Source: Dimorphilus gyrociliatus (taxonomy: Eukaryota; Animalia; Annelida). From it: DNA of 64,000 nt. Both the position numbers and the translations under genes were made by a program. Positions 36,081-46,723 of the stretch are shown here, piece after piece. Position 1 is the stretch's first letter; each line of letters starts with the position of its first letter. The stretch is from the NCBI GenBank assembly GCA_904063045.1, contig CAJFCJ010000006.1:1974946-2038945 (forward strand). Direction: 5' to 3'. The notes under the pieces are model-generated. The model made no database searches. It was not told the origin of the DNA and was given only the letters and a program-made list of their open reading frames with translations.

Positions 36081-36689
36081 TTACATTTTATACGATTTTG
36101 CGTATTCTAGTAGCTCGTTCAAGTCCATTTCTTCTGTTTTTGACAGGAGAACGTCAATTACTTTTGCGGCCATACCGGTTAACCCGAAATCAGCCGGTGT
36201 TAAAGATTCTTCTAAAAGCTTATCAGCTTCCGCTATTAATTCGCTTATATCTAATTTATATTTTTCTTGCCATTTTTTAACTGATTTTATTAGAGAGGAC
36301 GAATCATTAGTTATATTACTAAGAAAGTCGGCATCGCTTAAATTCTCTTCTATTTTCACTAAATCCGTATCAAGAATTACTGAATTTTTATCTTCTTCCT
36401 CTTCCCCTTCCTCCTCCTCATCCTCATCCTCATCCTCATCCTCATCGTCGTCCTCGCTCTCATCGTCATCCTCATCGTCGTCGTCGTTATCATCATCATC
36501 GTCTTCACCGTCATCGTCGACTTCTTCGTTTTTATTATCGCTCTGTTCGTCATCGTCATCGTCATCATCCTCGTCATCGTCATCATCATCGTCATTATCT
36601 TCCTTTTTTTCAGGTTCGTCATCCTTCTTATCCTCTTCTTGATCATTTTTCCCTTCTGACTTTCCATCTTCTCCTTGCTTATCGCTCAT
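36081..36689 (-). CDS. Uncharacterised hyper-acidic protein B (202 aa): poly-D/E N-terminal half plus conserved 101-aa C-terminal domain
   Basis: ORF from the track, with ungapped homology to 35048-35500. Confidence 0.88.
   Translation of the reverse strand: MSDKQGEDGKSEGKNDQEEDKKDDEPEKKEDNDDDDDDDEDDDDDDDEQSDNKNEEVDDDGEDDDDDNDDDDEDDDESEDDDEDEDEDEDEEEEGEEEEDKNSVILDTDLVKIEENLSDADFLSNITNDSSSLIKSVKKWQEKYKLDISELIAEADKLLEESLTPADFGLTGMAAKVIDVLLSKTEEMDLNELLEYAKSYKM
36401..36600. repeat. Coding (TCA/TCG/TCC)n trinucleotide-like tract encoding poly-Asp/Glu on the minus strand
   Basis: Visible degenerate triplet repeat. Confidence 0.9.
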
Positions 36690-37083
36690 AGCTGTTGTGT
36701 AAAGTGAACAACACTAAATAATTACTAATCATTGAACAGCCGACTAATAAAAGAAAGAATTGAATTTTGAATGATGTGGCAACAGCATAAAACTGTTCAA
36801 TATTTTTCTCTTCACTTCCTTTCAGAAGCGGAAGTTAAAGCATAAAATAAAGAATGATCTATCAAAAGCCAATAAATTTTTCTAGTTAAACGTTCGATTT
36901 TTTACTCAATGTTTCTTATTAGTCAAGTATAATCTAGTTGATGACTAGCAAGAACTCTAAATTGTAGAATAAACATTAAATCTCCTACTTTTAAAAGTAT
37001 TTTCAAATGAGTGCGTTAGAGAAAAAAAACTAGAAACAATATTCATTTCCTTAGTAACCAATGGTTGTATTTATAAATTAGTA

Positions 37084-38289
37084 CTATAAGGTTTTAAATT
37101 GGCTTGTAGTTCTTGGATACAGAATATCTTCAAGCTTAACAGAGTAGCAGGAACGTTTAGCTTCTTTGTAGGCCTTTACAAGTCTATTGTTAACAACCAA
37201 AGTACAAGTCTTTGCATCTCTTTGGATAGGGTCAACAAAAATATATTCTTTATTGCCAATATAGCCCAAAATTCCTGTGTGCTGTTTGCTCAATAAGTTC
37301 GTGTTGCTGCCAATATCTTCTATCTCAATGTTCAAGAAGCCTTGTTTATAGTCAACAGGAACTCTTGTAACTCTAATAGAAAGAATTGCTTCAGCAGTTT
37401 TAGATTCAATAGAAATGCTATTCTTCAACACGGATATTCTTTGAACAAATTGTCGTTTATTTAGAGTAACTTCCTTTTCAATTCCCCAATTCATTTTTGA
37501 TTCTCTTAACCCTTCAATATGACCAGTAGAAATAGTTAACATTCCCAAAATGCTTTTAACGAACACTTTACTAATGTAGAAATCGTCACGAAGCTGGAAA
37601 TGAACAGTCACCCCTGAAAAGCAAGACATTCAACAATCAAATTACAAGTATGGATTCTCTGTTTATTCAACATACCCAATTTCTCATCACCGATAAATTC
37701 CATAATTTCACCAGCTTTTCCCATAATATCATAGCAAAGCTTAGCTTTCACTTTCTGATTATTTTCATCTACACCAGCAATATTTTGAATAATATGAGGA
37801 TCTTGACACATCTTTCCAGTTGTTGTATCATGAATATCGGCATGAAACTTGAAAGGAATGAACACTTCATCAAAAGGATCATTTTTAGCAATAACTTTAC
37901 ATGCAATGTTCAAAGTAAAAGTATCTCCTTGATGACAATTTGAATCTTCCAAAACTTGAATGGAAATGTCAACAGTTACTTGATTGGGAAAAAGTTCAAA
38001 TATCCCAGGTGTAACAATAACTTGTTGGCCAGGGAAAGATGATTCTCCAGATAACTGACATTGGTAAGTATGCGTGTCATCTACAGCTAGAGTGTATTTC
38101 AGTTGAAAATTATATTTTACTTCTTCATCAAGGGAATTTGGAAAGTTAGCTATCTCAAAAACTGTTGGAATATAAAGAACACATTAGTATATTAGTATTT
38201 TAATAGATATAACAAAAATATATTTAATAAAACTTACCATTTGCGGAAGCGCATACCAAGAAAGATACAAAAAAGAAGAACTTGTTCAT
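37084..38289 (-). CDS. Secreted protein 1 with inter-alpha-trypsin-inhibitor heavy-chain C-terminal-like domain; exons 38238-38289, 37676-38161, 37084-37613
   Basis: Signal peptide MNKFFFFVSFLVCASA. CQDPHIIQ...LCYDIMGKAGEIMEFIGDEKLGVTVHFQL resembles the ITIH pattern DPHFII...CF.I.G.PG....L..D...G..V.G.L. Later GILG motif. Phase-1 introns keep the frame. Confidence 0.75.
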
Positions 38290-38901
38290 CTCGATAGGTA
38301 ATCAGAAAGTCTTTTTGTTCTTAAACTATCACGAATGAACACTTCAACTTTGCTGTAAATCACCAACTGATTCAACACAAAATTTCGGCTCCTTTTATAC
38401 TCTAATTACTACTCAAAGTAAATTACCAATTCTTAAGAAATCCGTGATAACTGTACTATTAAAAAAATTTGCAGATACTCAACAACGTTCTGGGATGTAG
38501 GTTTTGTTTAAAAAAAGATGAAAGATTACTTTTTTATGTCTTAGTTTTTATGGTATTTTTTACTAAAAAATATCTACTTTTCTTAATAAAAATAGTAAAA
38601 TTTGCTATTTTAACTATATTTTATAGTTAAAATATGAATTCTTAACCTTTATAGAATATTTTAAATCAAAAATTATTAATATATTATATCTATTTTTAAG
38701 TTTTCTTATATGGAATCGTCATCTAAAAATTCGAACAGTTTAGTACCGGCTGCAAAACTTTAATAAAAAGATGAGCGTTATCATCGTTTTTATTAACAAA
38801 CAAACAATTTTTTATATACCCAAATTATATCCAAGCTTTTTATGATAAATTTTAAAAAAAGAACGCTTAAAGTATGCTTTTTCTATAGTTTATTCTTTAA
38901 C

Positions 38902-40179
38902 TTAAAACGTTTCCTCATTATTTAACAATCTTCTAAAAGAAGATAACGTCTGTGGATATAGTACATTTGACAATTTAATAGAATAACAAAACGATGATGT
39001 AAAAGATCTTTTCTTCTTAAAAGATTCAATATATCTCTGATTTATTAATAGTTTATGATCTTTACTTGATTCTGTTTTCTTAATAAACTTATACGATTTG
39101 TTCCAAACACTTCCCAGAATTCCTTGGTGAAATTCATCGAATGTTTTTCGATTCATTCCTGTATTTTCTATAACAATATCAAGATAATCGTTCCAAGCAT
39201 TCTGATGAATTATTCTAATCTGAATGGACAGTATCCTTTCACCTTTATTCATCTTAATATATAGATTCTTATCCATTTTTATTGAATAATGGATACCTTT
39301 CCTAATTTTCAATTCCCATTCCCCACCCCATTGCAGATTTTTAACACCAAATATACTTAACTGATCAACAGATATCTTAATTATGCCTTGTTCGTCCTCT
39401 ATAAAAATTTGTCCTATGTAATAATCATCACGAAATTCGGACAGAATGGAGACGGCTGCAAAAAATGTTTTTTACGTGTTTTTTTTTTGTTTTTTGAAGT
39501 AAAAATAGATGTAGAGGGTAAATAAAAAATTTAAAGGTCATTACTTAGCAGTTTATCTGATAATATTTCGTAAATCTCCCCACCAAGACCGTAAAAATTA
39601 TAACAAATATCTTCTTCAATAACGTCGTCTCTTTCGTTTGAACCCCTTATTCTTTGAACAACCCTGGGATCTTGACAACTAGGTCCGACTGTTGTATCAA
39701 TAATTTCTCTACTAAATAAAGTATTCTTTTGTTTTATATAAATTGTATCATTTGCTTTATCCGTCGAACAAGATCCTACAATTGTAATAATCGGACGATT
39801 ATCAATACAATTACCGTCTTCCAAAACTAGCAAATCGATATCATGTATAGGATTATTTTCGCTTATTATTATCTCATTTGGACTGATTGAACAGTTCTGA
39901 CCAGTGAACTTTAACCAAGTTTCAAACTTGCAATATAACTCATTCCCAGCCAATTGCGGGGGCCAGATCCCAGAGGGTAAGAGACCGAATTTAAATGTGC
40001 TTTTCTCCGCTTCAATAAAGAATTCTGGGGTACTAGAAAAACCTAATTCTACAGAAAAGAACACTATTTGAAGATAATATGTTATAAGAAAAAAAGGATA
40101 TAAAAATACCACCTACGTCAGCTGTCGCCCACGCTGAGAGAGCAAAAAGCAGCTGGATATTTACACAAAATATATGCAT
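38902..40179 (-). CDS. Secreted protein 2, tandem paralog of 37084-38289; exons 40113-40179, 39545-40063, 38902-39455
   Basis: Signal peptide MHIFCVNIQLLFALSAWATA. Shared motifs CQDP, CY(D/N)..G..GEI, RDD(F/Y)YI, GILG and CYS(V/I)KL...LYP. Same two phase-1 intron positions as the neighbour. Confidence 0.75.
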
Positions 40180-40506
40180 CTAAGAGCCTTTGTATGTCAG
40201 ATCTGAGCTTTTAAGAATATACAGTATATTTAATTATTGCGGGTGGCAATCTTTAACACTACTCATCTTTTCTAATGTCATTTAAACGTTCAAATAACAA
40301 AATAAAAATAAAAAACATAATTTCTATATAGGGCATTGAAAAAAGTAAACTTGATATGAATTTCCTTATTAATGACTGTTTAATAGAAATGGTCGATGGC
40401 TGCCTATGTTTAAGAAGCGAAAAAAAGGCCTTGAATAAAAGCAGGCTATTGTAATAGGTCCTAGTCTATTCAAGTTGATTCACGTCACCTATAGATATTG
40501 TGCGTG

Positions 40507-40517
40507 TATATATAAAG
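40507..40517 (+). promoter_or_regulatory. TATA box (TATATATAAAG) upstream of the CABIT-domain gene
   Basis: About 70 bp upstream of the ATG at 40583. Confidence 0.45.
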
Positions 40518-40582
40518 AGGGCGTATGTGGGATTGAAGGAAAACAATATTCATAGTTTTTATTCAGAACTTTACTGATCAGG

Positions 40583-41750
40583 ATGGAGGGTTTAAAGCTA
40601 AAAGATTTCTCTGAAAGTGCTCTACCAATAATGGTAGAGAATTGTTTAAATAATAAAAATATAGTAATTATATCAAAGAGAAGACGAACAAAAGCTATAG
40701 CTCATTTATTAAATGAACGAAATAGAAGATTTGAAATTCCTAAAGACTATTCGGGATGGTTTGCCATTTCTAAACAAGATTTTGAACCTCAAGTCGAAAG
40801 TAATAATAACTTAAAAGAACTTATTGAATCTGGATGTAAAAATTTTATGTTATTTAAGAGTTTAACTGCAAAATATGCTAAATTAGTCAACGACGATATT
40901 ATTGAATTACTTGAGGAGAAAATATTATATCCGGGTGAAATTTTAAAGGTTAATAAATGTTGTAAAAGTTCAGTTCAATCGAATAATGAAAGGTAGTTGA
41001 ATTTTAATATCAAAAAGTAGTCTATAATGTTAAAAAATCAATTTTTACTTTAGATCTCAGAGTTTAGATGAAGAACTACTACTTTGTACTGACAGAAAAA
41101 ATCGAAATATAGCTATACCTTTAAATTCATATGGTGAATTTAATCCTATTGGTGATAAGAATTATCTTAAACCAAATGCCCTATTCCAAATGGAGTTTAT
41201 ATTAAATCACTTTGAATTTCCAATAAATATAAAATTGGCTTTTTCTCATGCTCCAGCATCTTTTTCACCGACTTTTAATGGTTTGTTACAATTAATTGAA
41301 GTTCAAAAAGAAGATTCCTTCGTTATTGGCTATCCTCTCCAATCTGAGAAATTATTAGTTCAAGAAATTCCAATGAAAGAAAATCTAAGATTTAGAATAG
41401 CTTCACAATCAATCAATAATTCTTGGTTATCCGATGTAACTTCAAATTTATTTAAATATATAACGAATATTAAAGAATTGAAAGAATCATCTACGCTTCC
41501 CACATGTAATTTAAAACTCTTTGACGAATGTGTAATTATGTTTCCAAAAGTAAAGGAAGAGAAGAAAATGTCTACATCTTGGATGTTTCCTTTTTACGAG
41601 GAGAACAAGGAGGCAGAACCTATGTTACGGGAATTAAAAAATAACTATTCTAATAGAGAATCTACTGTAGCCTTGAGAAATGCTGTAAAGAGTGGTATAA
41701 TAAGACCAATTTCAATTAGAGAAGAAAACCTCATTGATGCTTATTGTTAA
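40583..41750 (+). CDS. CABIT-domain (THEMIS/GAREM/Serrano-like) protein; exons 40583-40992, 41054-41750
   Basis: Segments LPIMV, FEIPKDYSGWF, LYPGEILKV, LLCTD...IAIPLNSYGEF..I, FPINIKL and LLQLIEVQKED..IG follow the CABIT pattern from memory. The phase-2 intron keeps the frame. Confidence 0.6.
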
Positions 41751-42251
41751 AAGAAATACTCTATTCAAAATCACAATATAATTATTCGTTTCTATTACAG
41801 AACATATTACTGTATTGAATTATTTTTGTATTCAACCGTTCGCTGTTCATATTTATCATAAAACATGTTTTCTGTACGCTTATTTCAATTGTTTGTTTTG
41901 AATCAAGATCTTTTTCGTTATATACAAGAATAATGAAACTAATTCCGGTGTAAATGTTCACTGTACGATCCGTTTACCTTTCCTCTTTCCTCTTCGCATC
42001 TCTGTCTATGTTACTACTGACTACTATCTGGCCTCTTAGCTAAACATTTTGTTTTCTCTATAGAGTATTTGGAAGCTTCTTTTTCTTCTATTTAGGTTGA
42101 TTTTTTCGCGTTTATTTTATCATATCTTTTTTTTTTTCTCTCTCGTGAAAAGAATCTTAAAATTCAACTATTTTTTCTTTTCAAATAACAATATAACAAG
42201 AGGAAGAAAAACAAATAATAGCACAAAAAAAGGTCAATAAAACAGATAAAA

Positions 42252-43353
42252 TTAATCGCTTTTGGTCCGCTTTTTATGGCTTTGGAAGAATTCTTTAAAC
42301 ATCGTAGTGTACTTTTTGTAGGCATATTTGAGAATTGAAATCCAAAACACCACTCCAACAAGATAAATTGCAATACCGCCTGATTTATGAATTAAATTAG
42401 GTCGCTTTTGTGGAAGGTATGAATATAATAAACAGGAAGCAACTCCAATCCTTAAATAGCCGAATAGAACCATAAATATTAAATCGTTAAGTTCTCCGTA
42501 CCAGGTTTTATGAACGTCGTACTGTTTCAAGAAATAGCGCATCTGAAGGAAGGGATTAGTTAATTCTGACCCAAAGAGACAGGCAATCATTTCCGTACCA
42601 GCTTCATTTGTAAATACAACTAGAGACAGGCCTAGAATACTGATAAGATGATGACAAAGCATGACGATACCTGTTATAAAGAGATAGACTTATATATTTA
42701 AAAATTTAATCAGTTACATTATTTAGTCAGTCCAGTTGTTGAAAAAAAAACCAAGATACAAAAGGAAGCGATTTGATGAATCATTAACTTTAGAAGACTC
42801 TACTTAAAAGTAGAGATTTATTAAATATTACATAAGTTTATCGTTTAATTAATTATTTTTAGGCTATGAATTATTTTTATGGAGAAAAAACGATTGATTT
42901 CAAGAAAATTTCCTTAGAATATAATAAGTTTAGTAATGAAATGAAATGATAATACATTGACTTAAAAGTTTAACTATATAGGTCATTACCTGCCTTTAGA
43001 TATTAGCTACTACCAAGGTATTGAAATAGCAATAAGTAATATATTTTACCTTCGTTCCCATCGTGTAAGCACCATCCAAAATCGAACAAAAAGTAACCTA
43101 AAGATAGGCAACAGGTAATATGTTGAAGATCTGTATTTTCTCCCCCGGGATCGGTAAAGGGCCAAGGTCCTTCTATGAAGCCACACCAATAACTTAAAAG
43201 ACTAATAATAACAGCGTGTACAGCCGTAACAACTCTACAATGCCATTCACCGCCTAATTTTGGTTTAGTTTTTAATAATATTCTATAAACACAATACCAT
43301 ACGATTGAGGAACAACAAACAAGGCAAATTGAACCTCCTTGAGTATGTAACAT
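42252..43353 (-). CDS. TLCD5: TLC-domain membrane protein TLCD5/TMEM136; 2 exons
   Basis: EWHCRVVTAVHA, GPWPFTDPGGENT, SLGYFLFDFGWC, MLCHHLISI and GSELTNPFLQMRYFL. Confidence 0.82.
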
Positions 43354-43692
43354 CTTCCTTAAGTTAATCCACTTAGTTGAATCTTATCACAGATTGTAGA
43401 AATACATCAGCCTATTCTATGGTTCTCGTATAGGATTGTTCAAAATCACCTTTGAAAAAAGTAAATTTGTTGTTGGAAGTCGTAACCTGTTTTTTAGGTT
43501 GTAATCAGGTTCTTATCCTTTCCAGTTTTGATCTAAAAATTAAAAAATCGGAAGACCTCTCCTAAAATAATTAGGTTTGTTCAATCAAAATACGGCTGGT
43601 CTGAGCGTGCCCGGAAAATCGAACTCAAAACAATTCACGCAATTTTCAGACTACATAAAAGAGGAATTTCTTCTCTTCAAATCATTAGACAT

Positions 43693-45224
43693 ATGGCGAC
43701 CAAGAGAAAAGCAGTAACTGACGCGGAAAAGAAATCGAAGAAAGTTTTCGGTGAAACTGATTTGAAGTGGAATCTAATATGGAAGAGGATAGGCGAAGAA
43801 TTAAAGGCAGGAATTCCACCTGTAATGGCTCTTCTTTCTGATACATTGGAAGGACGAGAAAAAATAGCTGCTTTTGATATTGATGGCACTATTATTAAAA
43901 CCAAAAGTGGAAGGAAGTTCGCCACCGGTCCAGCTGATTGGTTGTTTTGGGATAAGAGTGTACCTAAAAAATTGAAGGAATATGATGAAAATGGTTATAG
44001 AATTGTGTTCTTTACAAATCAAGCAGGTGTAGAAAAGGGTAATACTAAAATTGAAGATCTTATGGTAAAATTTGAGAAAATTGTCGAATCTATAGATTGT
44101 CCAGTCTTTGTAAGCAATAATTAAATTAGTATGTGAAGCATTGGAGAAACTTACTAATTTTTTTCGTCAGGTCTTTGTATCAACTGGGACAAATCATTAT
44201 AGAAAACCTTGTACAACAATCTGGGATTTCTTTACAGCAAAGTGCAACGGCAATCAAACGATTAATAAAGAGGATAGCTTTTTTATTGGTGATGCTGCCG
44301 GTAGACCAAAGAATTGGGCACCTGGTAAATCTAAGGATTTTTCTGCATCAGATAGAATGTTCGCAGCTAATATTGGAATAAGTAATATTAAAATTTTTAA
44401 TAAAACCAATTACATAGTGATGTCAATACACTTACAGCTTTTAAGACACCTGAAGAATTCTTTTTAGGTCATAAAGCATGTAGACAATTTGAATGGGGTA
44501 GTTATGATCCATCAAATATTGTGGAGAATGCAAATGCAATGGAAACCTATCACAAAGAAGTTCGTAGTTAAATTAACAATCAATAACTTGAATAGTAAAT
44601 TTAAAACAGGAACAAGAAATTGTAGTGATGGTTGGTCCTCCAGCTTCTGGAAAGAGTACATTTAGTCGGCGAAATTTCAAGGATCATAATTACGTGATTG
44701 TTAATAGAGATACATTAGGTAAACAACAACTTTTTTATTATAAAATAGCATTTACCTATATTTATGACTTTCAATATCATCTTCTCAGGAACTGCAGATA
44801 AATGTTTAAAAGCTGCCGAAGAAGCTATAAAGAAAAAAAAAAGCGTTGTCTCAGACAATACCAATCCTTCAAAACATGCTAGAGCTGATTATTTAAAACT
44901 TGCTAAAAAATATAGTGAGTTTAATCGACTTTTTATATATATTTTACTGAAAAAGTTGTTTTTCCAAATTTTTCTTTTATAGAGCTTCCAATTAGGTGTA
45001 TACTTATAGATACAGATATCAAGTTAGCAAAACACTTGAACATTGTCCGAATGAATCAAACAGAGGGTAAAATAAGAAGAATACCAGACGTTGGTTATAA
45101 TGTTTTCAAGAAGAATTATGAAGAACCTCACATCAGCGAGGGTTTTACGGACGTTTTAAAAGTGCCAATTCAACTCAAGTTCGAAACTGATAGAGATAGA
45201 CAACTATTCCAACAGTGGACCTAA
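43693..45224 (+). CDS. PNKP: Bifunctional polynucleotide 3'-phosphatase/5'-kinase lacking the N-terminal FHA domain; 6 exons
   Basis: HAD motif AAFDIDGTII, VFFTNQAG, YRKP, FFIGDAAGRP, DFSASDRMFA, P-loop GPPASGKST, NRDTLG, DNTNP and EGF. Confidence 0.95.
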
Positions 45225-45440
45225 CCTTAAGTGTACATTATGTGTTCATAGCCAGAACAAGTTTTTTCTTTTAATTTTTTTTTATATAAACGCTTTTTTA
45301 AAAACTTGTTTTTCCTTGTCGTTCCGAGTGCGAAATAAAAAAAAATACACAATAAATTAGGTCATTTCTATTCAAAATGTAAGTGTTGTATTTGCAAGAG
45401 ATTAACTGGAAAATTTAACAAACAATAACAAACTGTCCAG

Positions 45441-45842
45441 TTAAAATGGCAAATTTCCTAACCACATTTTATTAGCTTCGTTCATTGGCAATCGAGTGTT
45501 GCTTTCCGGTCTCTCACCATCTCTGCAATCGTCCATCTTCTCCCTTGCGCCGAAGGAATCTTTCTGAGTACGAGTTTTATCGCTGCTAAATAGTTTGCGA
45601 CACTTTTTCATAAGGATCCAGGGATTTTTCAATTCGCTACCCTTTCGCTTCGATTTGCCTTTGACTTCTCTCTTCGCTTGATCTTCGTTAGTCACGGGTT
45701 GTCTTACGCTTTCATACATTGGCAAATCGGATTCGTGACTCTCCATATATACTCTCTCTGAGGCTCGTACTCGATCGATTCTCGGCGCATCGGGAGTTGA
45801 TATGATGGTTCGGGCTGGTGGAGTCGAGAATGGAGTTTGCAT
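45441..45842 (-). CDS. Orphan hypothetical protein (133 aa), single exon, hydrophilic with basic cluster
   Basis: ATG-initiated 402-nt ORF, clearly more GC-rich than its flanks, with no recognisable family. Confidence 0.55.
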   Translation of the reverse strand: MQTPFSTPPARTIISTPDAPRIDRVRASERVYMESHESDLPMYESVRQPVTNEDQAKREVKGKSKRKGSELKNPWILMKKCRKLFSSDKTRTQKDSFGAREKMDDCRDGERPESNTRLPMNEANKMWLGNLPF

Positions 45843-45960
45843 AACGATTCACGTTCTACCAATTATCTTCGTAAGGCAACTAACTAAAAATTCTTCCAGT
45901 CGATGGAAAAGGGACGAGCTTAGTGCAAATTCAAGCCTTTTTATACTTTAAATTTTAAGA

Positions 45961-45972
45961 CGCCACCTAGTG
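45961..45972 (+). promoter_or_regulatory. CTCF-like motif (CGCCACCTAGTG) in the 169-bp divergent promoter between the orphan ORF and CCDC12
   Basis: Strong match to the CTCF core consensus. Confidence 0.5.
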
Positions 45973-46011
45973 TTCGACGCTTGAGCACTACTCACTGAGT
46001 TCGAAAGTGAT

Positions 46012-46654
46012 ATGTCGACTGAGTTCGTCGGAAATCTCGCCGAAGAGGCAAAAAAAAGAAAGGAGCGCCTTAAAGCTCTAAGAGAAAAAGCAACTGACTC
46101 TAACGATCAATTGGATGATGGAAATCGTCCAAAAGAATCCCTACCAAAGTATAAATTCATAGTTTTTCACAATGTATACTCTTATATCGCTCAATAACAA
46201 TTATACAGACCTCAATTTCGAAGTTACAAGCCTCAAGATGAGAACTTGTCATTTACTCAAAAACAAGTCGGTGAACCCGTGGACAGTAAGTTTTTTATTG
46301 AGTTTTATCCCAGATAAAATCTGATTATAACTTGTTTACTTGCTCAAATTTGACAAATATTTGTATTATCGCTCATCGTAAGTGTAACGAATTTCAGTTG
46401 AGCCCGAAGTTAAAGATCAACTAGAGTCGGCAAACTTTTCAAACTTAGTAGAGGAAGTTGACCTCATTAATTTGGCTCCAAGAAAGCCAGATTGGGATTT
46501 GAAAAGAGACATATCGAAAAAACTAGAAAAACTAAATAGAAGGACCCAAAGGGCTATTGCTGAAATCATTAAAGAACGTCTTGAAAATCAGGGAGCAGCA
46601 GAGAATCTTGCTGCAGCTGTTCACAATATGAAAAATGAAGAGAGTAATGATTAG
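46012..46654 (+). CDS. CCDC12: Coiled-coil domain-containing protein 12 (Cwf18 spliceosome factor); 3 exons
   Basis: LAEEAKKRKERLKALR, FRSYKPQDE and LAPRKPDWDLKRDISKKLEKLNRRTQRAIAEII. Confidence 0.95.
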
Positions 46655-46723
46655 AGCATGCACTTTTTATTGTACAGTTTATTAGTCTTTTTTTTTAAAT
46701 AAAATTTTTATTCATTTAAGTCA

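Noticed and set aside
36377-36667. M/T/R-rich 96-aa overlapping ORF
   Set aside because: Alternative frame of the GAT/GAC/GAG triplet tract encoding poly-D/E. It stays open only because the repeat lacks stops.
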